Shown: positions 48,601-57,022 of the stretch, piece after piece
Layout of the letters: each line of letters starts with the position of its first letter
How positions within the stretch are numbered: position 1 is the stretch's first letter
Assembly (NCBI GenBank): GCA_964430945.1
Contig: CAYSHH010000001.1
Span: 82,678 to 146,677, forward strand
DNA length: 64,000 bases
Reading direction: 5' to 3'
Origin: an uncultured Candidatus Saccharibacteria bacterium
GTDB taxonomy: Bacteria > Patescibacteriota > UBA1384 > JAMDBS01 > CAYSHH01
Made by a program: the position numbers and the translations under genes
The notes under the pieces: model-generated
Told to the model about the DNA's origin: nothing
Seen by the model: only the letters and a program-made list of their open reading frames with translations
Database searches by the model: none

Positions 48601-49155
48601 CATGCTTAAATCATAATATATCTTATCGTCTGTGATTTTTAGAGAATATCCTCCTCTGATTTTTTTTATTGAAACCTTAATATAAAAAAGAAAACTCGAA
48701 TGTGCTTCTTGGTTCAAAAACGTACCGTCTTTTTCTATTCTTTTTCCACCTCTTAATTTAGCTTTCTGAGATAATTGGTGATCAATATTAAAACTAAATT
48801 CACCGAATCTTACTATAATATCTTTAGTAAATTCCTGGTTTTTTTGTGCAGATATTAAATTCTCGATGTTTAAAGCAATATCCTTTTCAAATTCATAGTC
48901 TTTCTGGTTTTCTTCGGTTACTGTTTTAGGGGTATACTTGTTTAAAACTTCAAGTTTGATATTTACTTTATTATTGTCTGCATTAAAAGCTAAAACATCA
49001 TCAATTTTAAGATATTTTTCATTTAATGAAATATATTCTTTTGGCCTGAGAGATGCATTGCATATCCTAAGATATCCCAAACAATATTTAATATAATTTG
49101 ATAGAAATTTTTTTTGTTCATTGTCGGAAGATTCTGATTGATTATTATTTATCAT
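45628..49155 (-). CDS. Large SF1 (Upf1/DNA2-like) helicase with N-terminal DUF4011-like region and C-terminal Vsr/DUF559-like endonuclease domain
   Basis: 1175 aa. Walker A IIEGPPGTGKSQTI, motif II YVILDESSQ, GDPKQM, motif VI VAFSRAR. C-terminal DUF559-like LAIECDGPCHF...WKFLRI. Confidence 0.8.
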   Translation of the reverse strand: MINNNQSESSDNEQKKFLSNYIKYCLGYLRICNASLRPKEYISLNEKYLKIDDVLAFNADNNKVNIKLEVLNKYTPKTVTEENQKDYEFEKDIALNIENLISAQKNQEFTKDIIVRFGEFSFNIDHQLSQKAKLRGGKRIEKDGTFLNQEAHSSFLFYIKVSIKKIRGGYSLKITDDKIYYDLSMFENILENEDFYYDLLKDFGKFDQDTKLNLPGNIKILKELGEILVNKLRLTKINFAQNNCDFSIISLSLAPKSNYFLTKDLEILSEKKNEELAKSSIGVWSQESDNELNLVDNESIKQGNIFYPFKYNRSQLKVIQFLQNKAFIIEGPPGTGKSQTISNLLCHLVAKGKRILFVSQKQQALRVVKDKMNDLGIDHLFGYMTSDITEKQIYDSFSNSLERLKLDSFLSRHNIDEQDIQKQIKEIVEKSLLFNKGIKQQETIFHLKEKIKKYPEEYFYLENYRKLEEKLNLETVKNLQEKINKISYLEKRRKDYENTYKKEFDKFSEFFSTVLAMYWEKNLSADVEEMIDEMIQFDYDNQNLIKSIIKKIQLQKAHRNNIEKMPKEMTSILKKCLADKTKSLGTKVKFFESVQRYCVFQEQRLQIENTREQINEFLESINTTLDELKRIIKIILSSQNQKKELSDFFEFNKITEQIIEIDFIDYSNISNEINDFEKNRQKIVGQYLRNQIKYKVSLYKDLKATIRGKIISFAKGLKKSKKAFKTFERLRNDLSIFSAVSNIVPIWIMNLEDASRVLPLEQNLFDYVILDESSQCNIAYALPTMYRAEKAIIVGDPKQMRDDTVLFKKKSILEDLALRFDIDEDYRIMGRYENIKSILDIGILRGIKSKFLEEHYRSPVEIIGFCNENFYDNSLKVVNNSYLTYKDTNRVLVNHLVKYDTEDKENISPSVNSNEANEIIKFIKDIKKDPIYKDKSIAILSFFNDQADLIRKKIENTFGIDHNIKIGIIDGIQGEERDIVIFSLVIHDPSQKMQYVALTGEGGDIRPEIVRGRINVAFSRARLQVHCFTSLDYREWPEKIWLDKFLCYIETNGVVESTKKELRSFDSNFEKEFYDLANNKLQSKKYLIYNQVPTCGYYIDFVIQNKENNTKLAIECDGPCHFSDEENMEYIDSDIKRQMVLESAGWKFLRIKYSNWINNNYNRDQIIEEIKKELN

Positions 49156-49165
49156 TTAAAATCCC

Positions 49166-50086
49166 TTATTTAAATTTATTATAAATCTGTTTTATTAAAA
49201 ATAAAGCATATTCCAGGTCATCTTCATTTTTAATCGAAAATTCTGTCTGGTGTTTATGATAATATTTGTAACTATTTTTTATATATAGAAGAGTTTTCTT
49301 TGGATCTTTAAAATCTTTGGGTTGCACCCTATTTAATATTAAATTTAATTTATTTCTTTGAGATTTAAACTCAAATAAAACTCTAGAATCCATCTTGTAA
49401 CCAATGTAATATTTTTGTGGACTTTCTTCTAAATTTGGGTAAACTTCTAAAATGTTTTCTCTAATCTTATCAAAAAGTTCTTTTGATTTTTCCCAGCCTT
49501 TTTTAAAATGATCATCTATTGTATACTTTTTAACTTCTTTAGATACTTTTTGAACTATACCACTTGTCTTAGAAAGAGTTTTTATTGATTCTGAGGTTTC
49601 AGGAGATACAAGCTGATCAAATTCAATAATATTGCCAGAGTATTTGGCAACCTTCCAAAGTTCAATTGGTAAATCATTAAAATTAATAGCTTGCTTTTGA
49701 TGTTTTGTATAACTTCTTGCAACAAAAATTACTCGTGTTTGTGACCAGTCAACTTGATCTTTTTTAAGACTATCTTTCTGAGTTTCATTGTAATGTAAGA
49801 TAAAGTCAGCTTTATTATTAAGAGCCAAGCTTAAATACGCATATCCTTGATCAATAACAGATATATTTCTGTCTTTTTTGTATTCAATAATCACAAAGGA
49901 TTTTGATTCATCATCAAAAGCAAGAGTATCAATACGTAAGTTGTTGAGTGCAAATTCTGTAGCAATAAATTTGAGTCCAAAAATCTCTGAAAGATTTTTT
50001 TCAGCAAGAGTTTGAATATCTTTTTCCAAATCAAAAGAAAATTCTTTTACTAGCTCTAATTTGTTATTGACTTTCTTAAAAAGCAT
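49166..50086 (-). CDS. PD-(D/E)xK nuclease-like protein (RecB/Cas4-like core with QxxxY)
   Basis: 306 aa. D in RIDTLAFDDE, E-x-K in VIIEYKK, then IDQGYAY (QxxxY). Confidence 0.6.
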   Translation of the reverse strand: MLFKKVNNKLELVKEFSFDLEKDIQTLAEKNLSEIFGLKFIATEFALNNLRIDTLAFDDESKSFVIIEYKKDRNISVIDQGYAYLSLALNNKADFILHYNETQKDSLKKDQVDWSQTRVIFVARSYTKHQKQAINFNDLPIELWKVAKYSGNIIEFDQLVSPETSESIKTLSKTSGIVQKVSKEVKKYTIDDHFKKGWEKSKELFDKIRENILEVYPNLEESPQKYYIGYKMDSRVLFEFKSQRNKLNLILNRVQPKDFKDPKKTLLYIKNSYKYYHKHQTEFSIKNEDDLEYALFLIKQIYNKFK

Positions 50087-50145
50087 ACTTAAATTATACT
50101 TCCAAACAGGTTAGAACACAACCTTTTAATAAAAAGTAAACGTAT

Positions 50146-51255
50146 TTAATTTAATTTGTCGGCAGCAGATTTAATCTTTGAAATTAGTTTTTGAATATTT
50201 AAATCATCAAATAATTCAAAAGCAGTAATCTTTCCATCTTCATAACTACTAAGAGATCTGAAATATTCTACATACTTTTTGATAGGTGAACATTCCTCAT
50301 TCATTTTACAAAGTTTGTCATATTGTTCGTTTGGATAGCTGAAAGTTAATCTTGGACTGTTGTCTTTGATTTCAAAGAATAGATAAGAAAAATTGTTATA
50401 CCCACCAGGTTTTTTGATATCTTCTGGAAATGGTGTCATAAGAGAAAATCCATTCTTTCTCCATGTAACTTTTACATTTTTGGAATTCTGAAAGTTATCA
50501 AGTAACTTAATGGCTAACTGCTTTGCATTACCACTAAGCTTATTTACAAAATCATTTTGCGCGATTGGAGTTCTATCATAATCATCTGACTTTGTAATAT
50601 TCTTGGTAACACTTTTCCTGTATGGGTTGGCAAGACGAGGAACAAGAAACTTTTGATTTTTATCGCCAATAAGCTCCATTTGGGCAATATAAAAGTCAAT
50701 TTCTTGACCAGTCCTATCATTAAGATAGTTAGCAATATTTTTAAGCTCATCATTTACTTTATCTACTACTATCAAGATACTAAAGCTTCCTAATCTTAAG
50801 CGTTTTTCAATTCCTTCCTTAAAATCACTTTCTGAAAAACTATCGCCAAATTTTTCCTTAAGATAATCGGATAAATTACCTTGATATTGGATTTTCTCTT
50901 GTAAAAGATATTGTTTGAAATAATTTTCAATATCTTCGTAATTTTTATTCCATAAATACGAAGCATATCCTAGAGCTTGTCCGACAACAGTTCTTTTCAC
51001 TTCTGGGTTTTGATCAAGTTTTGTCTCAATAATTACAATCTGACCTTGCGGACTTACTGCCAATAGATCAAGATAGCCATTTTCTAAAGATACTTCTTTA
51101 CCTATAGTTACGAATTGATCAGAATAACCCATATCTTCAAAAGGTAAAGTATTTACATCTTTTGATAATATATCTTGAAGTTCAGATTCATTTTTATATG
51201 CCTGTTTTTGAGTTTTAGTCCAACCATCTTTAGTTTTATGTAATATGTGTGTCAT
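50146..51255 (-). CDS. PD-(D/E)xK nuclease-like protein, paralog of the downstream gene
   Basis: 369 aa. YLDLLAVSPQGQIVIIETKLDQN (D...ExK), then GQALGY (QxxxY). Confidence 0.6.
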   Translation of the reverse strand: MTHILHKTKDGWTKTQKQAYKNESELQDILSKDVNTLPFEDMGYSDQFVTIGKEVSLENGYLDLLAVSPQGQIVIIETKLDQNPEVKRTVVGQALGYASYLWNKNYEDIENYFKQYLLQEKIQYQGNLSDYLKEKFGDSFSESDFKEGIEKRLRLGSFSILIVVDKVNDELKNIANYLNDRTGQEIDFYIAQMELIGDKNQKFLVPRLANPYRKSVTKNITKSDDYDRTPIAQNDFVNKLSGNAKQLAIKLLDNFQNSKNVKVTWRKNGFSLMTPFPEDIKKPGGYNNFSYLFFEIKDNSPRLTFSYPNEQYDKLCKMNEECSPIKKYVEYFRSLSSYEDGKITAFELFDDLNIQKLISKIKSAADKLN

Positions 51256-51344
51256 ATCTTCCTTTCTATATAACTAAAAAACCACAGTTAAAAACTGTGA
51301 TTAAATAATAAAATATAAATTGTAATTTAATATTACTTTCATAT

Positions 51345-51487
51345 TGTCGCAGTGGATTTCTGTGAACGAAAGAGTACAAAAAGGGTCTCCCGTTCACCGA
51401 CAGCTCTTACGAAACTGCCTACTACCTTTCGGTAGTAACCACTGCGACATGATAGTGAGACGGAAGACCGTCTTTATGTCGCAGTGG
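51345..51487 (+). ncRNA. GC-rich structured element. The 11-mer TGTCGCAGTGG occurs at 51345-51355 and 51477-51487, with an inverted copy CCACTGCGACA at 51439-51449 and internal hairpins. Candidate ncRNA or recombination/regulatory site.
   Basis: Read from the sequence. Nested stems GTGAACG/CGTTCAC and CTACC/GGTAG, plus a terminator-like GAGACGG-aaga-CCGTCTTTAT. Local GC is well above the surroundings. Confidence 0.45.
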
Positions 51488-51661
51488 AATATTTATTAAA
51501 ACCATATCTTACATATAAATATATAAGGGTTAGGTTTGTTTCTAACTAATTGTTACTAACAGGTATATAATAGCATAAATAAACATTAAATAAAAGTATT
51601 TCTACCTGTTAGTTATCTACATCTAGACATATATCACATTATCCGGCATCCTTACCTTGCT

Positions 51662-52954
51662 ATGCAGACAATTCTATCCAAAGGAAAGAAAATTAATTTC
51701 TGCTTATATGCTCGCAAATCATCAGAACGTGATGAATTGCAAGCTTTGTCAATTGAGACTCAGGTAAACGAAATGCTTGCTATTGCTAAAAGAGATGATT
51801 TGAAAATCATAGATATTCGTAAGGAATCTCATTCAGCAAAAGACAGTGGTGAGCGTCCAGTTTTCAGATCAATAATAAACGATATAAAAGCTGATAAGAT
51901 TCAGGGAATTCTCACCTGGGCACCAGACAGATTAAGCCGAAATGCTGGTGATTTAGGGTTATTAGTCGATCTTATGGATCAAAAGTATTTGCTTGAAATT
52001 AGAACGTATAATCAAATATTTACCAATTCACCGAATGATAAATTTCTGCTGATGATACTAGGATCACAGGCAAAATTAGAGAATGACAATAAGGCGATAA
52101 ATGTTAAAAGAGGATTAAAAGCAAAGTGCGAGATGGGATTTAGACCAGGCATGTCACCATTAGGGTTTATCAATGACAAATATGCTAAAAAAGGTGAAAA
52201 AAAAGTTCGTTTAGATCCAAAACGTGCTCCTATTATGAAGGAGATGTTTAAAAAAGTTGCTTCAGGAGAGAGTGGTCGAGCAGTATTTCGGTGGCTTAAT
52301 CAAACGGGCTTTACTACCAGATCAGGTAAAAAAGTAACTTTAAGCTTAGTATATGATATGCTTCATAATTCATATTATTGTGGTAAATTTGAATATCCAA
52401 TAGGAAGTGGCAATTGGTATAAAGTTGGACATGAAACTTTAATCTCAGAAGAAACTTTTAATCAAGTTCAACAAGTATTAGAAGTCGCTCCCAAATCTAG
52501 ACCAGGAACCAAAGAATTTGATTTTACTAGACTTATTAAATGCGGTTCTTGCGGTTCTGGTGTGGGAGCTGAAGAAAAATTTAAAACTCTCAAGAACGGA
52601 AGTAAAAACAGATATGTATATTATCATTGTACTAAAGGCGCTGATCGAAACTGTAAAGAATTATACATCAGAGAAGAAGATTTAGTTGAGCAATTGATTC
52701 AATTGATAGATAAACTTGATATTAACCAATTTGATGCTCAGAGGAAACTTCGAAATGAAATTGCTAGATATGAAAGATTTACTAAAGGAGTATTAGGTGA
52801 GAAAACAAATCATATCGGAAAAACAAACAAGGTAAAAATACACAATTATGCAAAATATGTCTTAAAGAATGGAACCAGAGAAGAAAAAAGAGAATTGTTA
52901 AGTTGTCTCAAAACAAAATTATACCTTAAAGACCAGAAAATATATATGCAATAG
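51662..52954 (+). CDS. Large serine recombinase (paralog of 29249-30604)
   Basis: 430 aa. FCLYARKSSERDELQALSIETQ, DRLSRNAGDLG, zinc ribbon CGSCGSG...YYHC. Collinear with the other recombinase, roughly half the residues identical. Confidence 0.9.
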   Translation: MQTILSKGKKINFCLYARKSSERDELQALSIETQVNEMLAIAKRDDLKIIDIRKESHSAKDSGERPVFRSIINDIKADKIQGILTWAPDRLSRNAGDLGLLVDLMDQKYLLEIRTYNQIFTNSPNDKFLLMILGSQAKLENDNKAINVKRGLKAKCEMGFRPGMSPLGFINDKYAKKGEKKVRLDPKRAPIMKEMFKKVASGESGRAVFRWLNQTGFTTRSGKKVTLSLVYDMLHNSYYCGKFEYPIGSGNWYKVGHETLISEETFNQVQQVLEVAPKSRPGTKEFDFTRLIKCGSCGSGVGAEEKFKTLKNGSKNRYVYYHCTKGADRNCKELYIREEDLVEQLIQLIDKLDINQFDAQRKLRNEIARYERFTKGVLGEKTNHIGKTNKVKIHNYAKYVLKNGTREEKRELLSCLKTKLYLKDQKIYMQ

Positions 52955-52957
52955 TTT

Positions 52958-52980
52958 GGTTCGAGTCCGATTTCTGGTCA
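52958..52980 (+). repeat. Inverted partial copy of the tRNA-Asn 3' end (GGTTCGAGTCCGA exact, 17 of 23 overall), immediately after the recombinase stop codon
   Basis: Compared by eye with the tRNA-Asn gene at 53081-53155, where the corresponding segment lies at 53092-53105 on the opposite strand. Confidence 0.5.
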
Positions 52981-53080
52981 AACAAAAAAAGCGTTTTTAA
53001 ACACTCTTTTTGATGTACATATGTTTTCTAGCTAACCTGTAATCCCTTGACAGGAAATGGTCGCCAGGAACATATGGTGT

Positions 53081-53155
53081 TGGCTCCGGAGCTCGGACTC
53101 GAACCGAGAACCCTCTCGTTAACAGCGAGATGCTCTGCCATTGAGCTACTCCGGA
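53081..53155 (-). tRNA. tRNA-Asn (anticodon GTT)
   Basis: Manual fold: U1-A72 acceptor TCCGGAG/CTCCGGA, anticodon arm TCTCG-CTGTTAA-CGAGA, T-arm CTCGG-TTCGAGT-CCGAG, discriminator G, CCA encoded. Confidence 0.8.
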
Positions 53156-53210
53156 CTATTATTTTTGTAAGAATATTCTATCAGTTAAAATTAGTCTTTT
53201 CAAGAGATTA

Positions 53211-54311
53211 TTAATTCAAATAGTCTCTAAGCTTTTGACTCTTTTCATGTTTTCTAAGTTTCTCAAGGGCTTTGGCTTCAATCTGTCGAATTCTCTCACG
53301 CGTAACGCCAAATTCATTACCTACTTCTTCAAGAGTATGGGTACGGCCCGTCTCAAGCCCGAATCTCATCTTGAGAATTTTTTGTTCACGTGGCGATAAT
53401 GAATTTAAAAACTCAGCAACATGTCCTTTAAGAAGTTCATATATTGCCTTCTCTCGTGGGGTTAAACTCTCTTTGTCTTCAATAAAATCACCGAGTTTAG
53501 AATCCTCTTCTTCTCCGACAGGAGCCTCAAGAGATACAGTTTCTTGAGAAATTTTAAGTATATGATCAACCTTATCAACTGGTATTTCCATCTCAGCTGC
53601 AATTTCTTCAGGAAGCGGAGGTCTACCGAGTTCCTGCACAAGCTGTCTTTGAACTCTAACTAATTTATTTATCAATTCAACCATATGAACCGGTATCCGA
53701 ATAGTTCTTGCCTGATCAGCAATCGCGCGAGTAATAGCTTGTCGTATCCACCACGTAGCGTAAGTAGAAAATTTAAAACCTTTACGATAATTAAATTTTT
53801 CTACAGCTCTAAGAAGTCCCGCGTTTCCTTCTTGTATTAGATCGAGCAAAGTGAGACCCCTACCAATATATTTTTTTGCAATAGAAACTACAAGTCGCAA
53901 ATTGGCTTCAGCCAATTTCTTTTTGGCCAATTCATCTCCAGCTTCAATCCTCTTGGCGAGTCTTACCTCATCTTTACCCGTAATAAGAGGAATATTTCCA
54001 ATCTCTCTCAGATACATCCTTACCGAATCATCAGAAATGTTTCTAAGATCAGAAGCATCTTTGTCGCTATCCTTCTCAAGCTCTTCTTGTATTAATTTCC
54101 TAGGCTCTCTGACTTCAATACCTTCTTTTAGAAGCAAAGAATATAATTGATCTATAAGGGGTATATTTTCTTCAACCTTACCCATTCTCTGAAGCATTTC
54201 TATTTCAGTAACAAACCCATGAGCACGCCCTTTTCTTATAAGAGGCTTAAGTTCTTCTGGAAAATCGGATAAATCGTCCTGGGGTATATATTTTGGTAAT
54301 TTTTTAGCCAT
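53211..54311 (-). CDS. rpoD: RNA polymerase sigma factor RpoD (primary sigma-70, short form lacking region 1.1)
   Basis: 366 aa. Region 2.4 and the RpoD box ([17 protein letters not shown]), regions 3 and 4.2 ([24 protein letters not shown]). Confidence 0.9.
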   Translation of the reverse strand: MAKKLPKYIPQDDLSDFPEELKPLIRKGRAHGFVTEIEMLQRMGKVEENIPLIDQLYSLLLKEGIEVREPRKLIQEELEKDSDKDASDLRNISDDSVRMYLREIGNIPLITGKDEVRLAKRIEAGDELAKKKLAEANLRLVVSIAKKYIGRGLTLLDLIQEGNAGLLRAVEKFNYRKGFKFSTYATWWIRQAITRAIADQARTIRIPVHMVELINKLVRVQRQLVQELGRPPLPEEIAAEMEIPVDKVDHILKISQETVSLEAPVGEEEDSKLGDFIEDKESLTPREKAIYELLKGHVAEFLNSLSPREQKILKMRFGLETGRTHTLEEVGNEFGVTRERIRQIEAKALEKLRKHEKSQKLRDYLN

Positions 54312-54377
54312 TAGATTTTATAAATTATATTATTAGTCATTAATCAATTTATCACAGATCACAAACCATAACCGAAA

Positions 54378-56141
54378 TTATTTTTTTGATATTTTTTCCT
54401 GAAATTTCTCTAAAAGTTTTTTTACTTCTCCGATGTCCTTCTTTTCTTCTGCATGAGATATAAGCTGAGCAAATTCTTCTTTTACTTTCTTATTCGATTG
54501 CCCTTTTATTCTGGCCATATAATCACTGAATACCTGATCCGCCTCGTCATCATCAATTTCTTTCATCTTCTTTTCGACTTCCATAACAAAAAACTTGACT
54601 CTTTCCTGTAAGTCTTTGGGCAATTTTTTTTCTATACACCCTGAAATTATCTTAAGATCATCATCTGTCAGAGTTTTTTTATCAACCTCATTATAACAAT
54701 CACTTATCACTTTGTAAACAGAGCGAACATCATCATCTAACAAATCATTGTCAGTAAGGTTTTCTACAAAAAGCTGGATAAACCTAGGATGAATTAAAAC
54801 CAAACCTAGAAGGTATTTTTCTTCAGACACATTCTTATATGGCTTTCTAGTTGTAGATTCAACTTTCTTATTCTTACTTTTACTCTTAAACCTCACAATA
54901 ATTTCATCAATGATCCTATTAGTAACACCTACTCTAGCTGCAATAGCCTTCTTGTAATGTTCAAATTCCAAAGGATCACCGATCACCGAAAGATATCCAA
55001 CAAGTTCCTTTGTAATCTGCTTTTTCTCATTTGTTCCAATATTTTTTCCATATTCATCAAATATTATGTCTAAGAGCCATTCCACTGCTGGCCTTTTTTG
55101 TTTCGATATTTTCTTCCATTCATTTGGATCCTTTTCGACAATGTCCCCAACATCCTTATAGCCATTCGGAATTTCAATAATATATGGCGAAATATCTATA
55201 TTATAAGCCATTTTTATAGCTTTTTTTGCAGCAATTTTTCCAGCATCGTCGCCATCAAAACAAAATGATATATCAACATTATATCTTGATAATATTTTTA
55301 AATGATCTTCGGTCAACGCAGTACCAGAAGTAGCAACCACATTTTCTACACCAGCAATATGCGAAAGCACTACATCCATTTGCCCCTCCACCAATATCAA
55401 ATGCTTCTCTTTTCTAATACTATCACGAGAAAAATTTAGTCCATACAATGTTTTTGACTTGTGAAATATTATAGTTTCAGGCGTATTTAGATATTTAGGT
55501 TCGATATTTTTTTCAATAGTTCTACCCGTAAAAGCAACTACGTTGCCAAGTCTATCCTGAATCGGAAACATGATACGCTTATAAAACTTATCTGGGTTGC
55601 CAGCCTCCCTTATTTGAGTATCATTAAAACCTCTTTTTTTAAAAAATCCAAGAAGAACCCTACTGCTAGGGGCGTAACCAATCATAAATTTACTTATTGC
55701 ATCATTGTTAATCTTTCTTGATTTGAGATATTTGTTGGCCAATAATGCACTTTCGTGATCCTTAAGAATCTTATTGAAAACCTTAGCAGAAAGACTATTT
55801 ATCTTAAAAATAGCAGTTTTTGTATCTTTTTCCCGAGCATATTCTTTAGGTGGTTTTCGATTTTTAGACAATTGTACGCCAGCTCGATCTGCGAGTATCT
55901 GAAGTGCTTCAGGAAAGCTGAGATTTTCCACCTTCATTAAAAATTCAAATATGTCTCCACCTTCTGAGCACCCGAAACATTTGAATATTTGTTTGTCGCT
56001 AGATACCATAAAAGACGGTGTCTTCTCATTGTGAAATGGGCAAAGACCTCTCCAATTTGCTCCAGCTCGGTGGAGCTCCACATATTGCCTTACAAACTCA
56101 ACAATATCAATACTATCTTTGATTTGATCAACTTCGTTCAT
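54378..56141 (-). CDS. dnaG: DNA primase DnaG
   Basis: 587 aa. CHC2 zinc finger CPFHNEKTPSFMVS...CFGC, TOPRIM (EGQMDV...DGDDAG). dnaG-rpoD synteny. Confidence 0.9.
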   Translation of the reverse strand: MNEVDQIKDSIDIVEFVRQYVELHRAGANWRGLCPFHNEKTPSFMVSSDKQIFKCFGCSEGGDIFEFLMKVENLSFPEALQILADRAGVQLSKNRKPPKEYAREKDTKTAIFKINSLSAKVFNKILKDHESALLANKYLKSRKINNDAISKFMIGYAPSSRVLLGFFKKRGFNDTQIREAGNPDKFYKRIMFPIQDRLGNVVAFTGRTIEKNIEPKYLNTPETIIFHKSKTLYGLNFSRDSIRKEKHLILVEGQMDVVLSHIAGVENVVATSGTALTEDHLKILSRYNVDISFCFDGDDAGKIAAKKAIKMAYNIDISPYIIEIPNGYKDVGDIVEKDPNEWKKISKQKRPAVEWLLDIIFDEYGKNIGTNEKKQITKELVGYLSVIGDPLEFEHYKKAIAARVGVTNRIIDEIIVRFKSKSKNKKVESTTRKPYKNVSEEKYLLGLVLIHPRFIQLFVENLTDNDLLDDDVRSVYKVISDCYNEVDKKTLTDDDLKIISGCIEKKLPKDLQERVKFFVMEVEKKMKEIDDDEADQVFSDYMARIKGQSNKKVKEEFAQLISHAEEKKDIGEVKKLLEKFQEKISKK

Positions 56142-56227
56142 GTTTTAAGTATCTAGAATAATCAGTCAAGAATCAAGGGTAAATAAAAAACACACTCAAT
56201 GTGTGCACTTCAAAATTACAATAAAAC

Positions 56228-56315
56228 TGGCGGAAGGAGAGGGATTCGAACCCTCGATGCCTTGCGACATACACGCTTTCCAAGCGTGCGCACTAGACCA
56301 CTATGCGATCCTTCC
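56228..56315 (-). tRNA. tRNA-Ser (anticodon GGA), class II with long variable arm
   Basis: GGAAGGA acceptor, anticodon loop TTGGAAA, long variable arm, T-loop GGTTCGAATCC, discriminator G, CCA encoded. Confidence 0.8.
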
Positions 56316-56384
56316 ATTGATTTTTGGTATATAAAATGATAGCATTTTTAGACACAATCAACAAGAGACAAGAGGTGAAGCACA

Positions 56385-56984
56385 TTGAAAATTTATTTAT
56401 TTTTATACCCTATTAAAAAGTATTTTGAATATTCGTTTTCTGAAGTTGCAACAATATTACAAGAAAATAATTTAACACCAAGAAGAATTGACCAAATCAT
56501 TGATACAAGATATAGACAAAATAATTTTCAAATAATATGGCTAGTTTTTGCTGATACTATACATGATCAAAAAAATAATTGTCTTAATTCGATTAGCCCA
56601 TATATCACAATACATAAAAACGATATTATATTAAAAAGCGAACTTACATTTAGCCAGATGGAAAAATCACTGTATCCACAAGAAAAAATAATTTATGAAA
56701 AGATAGTTAAACTAACTGGCCCTATAGAAAAAATTACTTTAGGAGGATTCCATCAAAATGACTGTGTAGAAAAAATAGCAAAATGTTTTCACAATCTAGA
56801 CATATATACACAAATAGATGAAGAAACTACTGAGTTATTTTTTACTATTACAGCTCACAATAAAAAAGAAATTCCTCTTACTCGATCCAAACCCACCACT
56901 CTTGAAGATTTGGGTGTATCGGAAAATTTTTTAGAATTAGCCAGGAAATGTAGAAAAGACAAACCCTGGCTTACTCAGGCATAG
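56385..56984 (+). CDS. Hypothetical protein, member of a paralogous pair sharing the LGGFHxNDCV motif
   Basis: 199 aa. ITLGGFHQNDCVEKI matches IVLGGFHNDDCVRRL in the protein at 59421-59870. Confidence 0.45.
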   Translation: MKIYLFLYPIKKYFEYSFSEVATILQENNLTPRRIDQIIDTRYRQNNFQIIWLVFADTIHDQKNNCLNSISPYITIHKNDIILKSELTFSQMEKSLYPQEKIIYEKIVKLTGPIEKITLGGFHQNDCVEKIAKCFHNLDIYTQIDEETTELFFTITAHNKKEIPLTRSKPTTLEDLGVSENFLELARKCRKDKPWLTQA

Positions 56985-56992
56985 CCCGATTA

Positions 56993-57022
56993 TTAATCGG
57001 GTTTTTATTTTTTCTACCCAAA
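56993..57022. terminator. Bidirectional rho-independent terminator
   Basis: AGCCCGATTAtTAATCGGGTTTTTATTTTTT between convergent genes. Confidence 0.75.

Noticed and set aside
52958-52970. The 13-nt tRNA-like match considered as a chance hit
   Set aside because: Chance was rejected. An exact 13-mer shared with the adjacent tRNA-Asn, extended to 17 of 23, lying immediately after a recombinase stop codon is unlikely by chance (expected frequency well below one per window). It is kept as a finding, with the caveat that T-loop consensus inflates background similarity.
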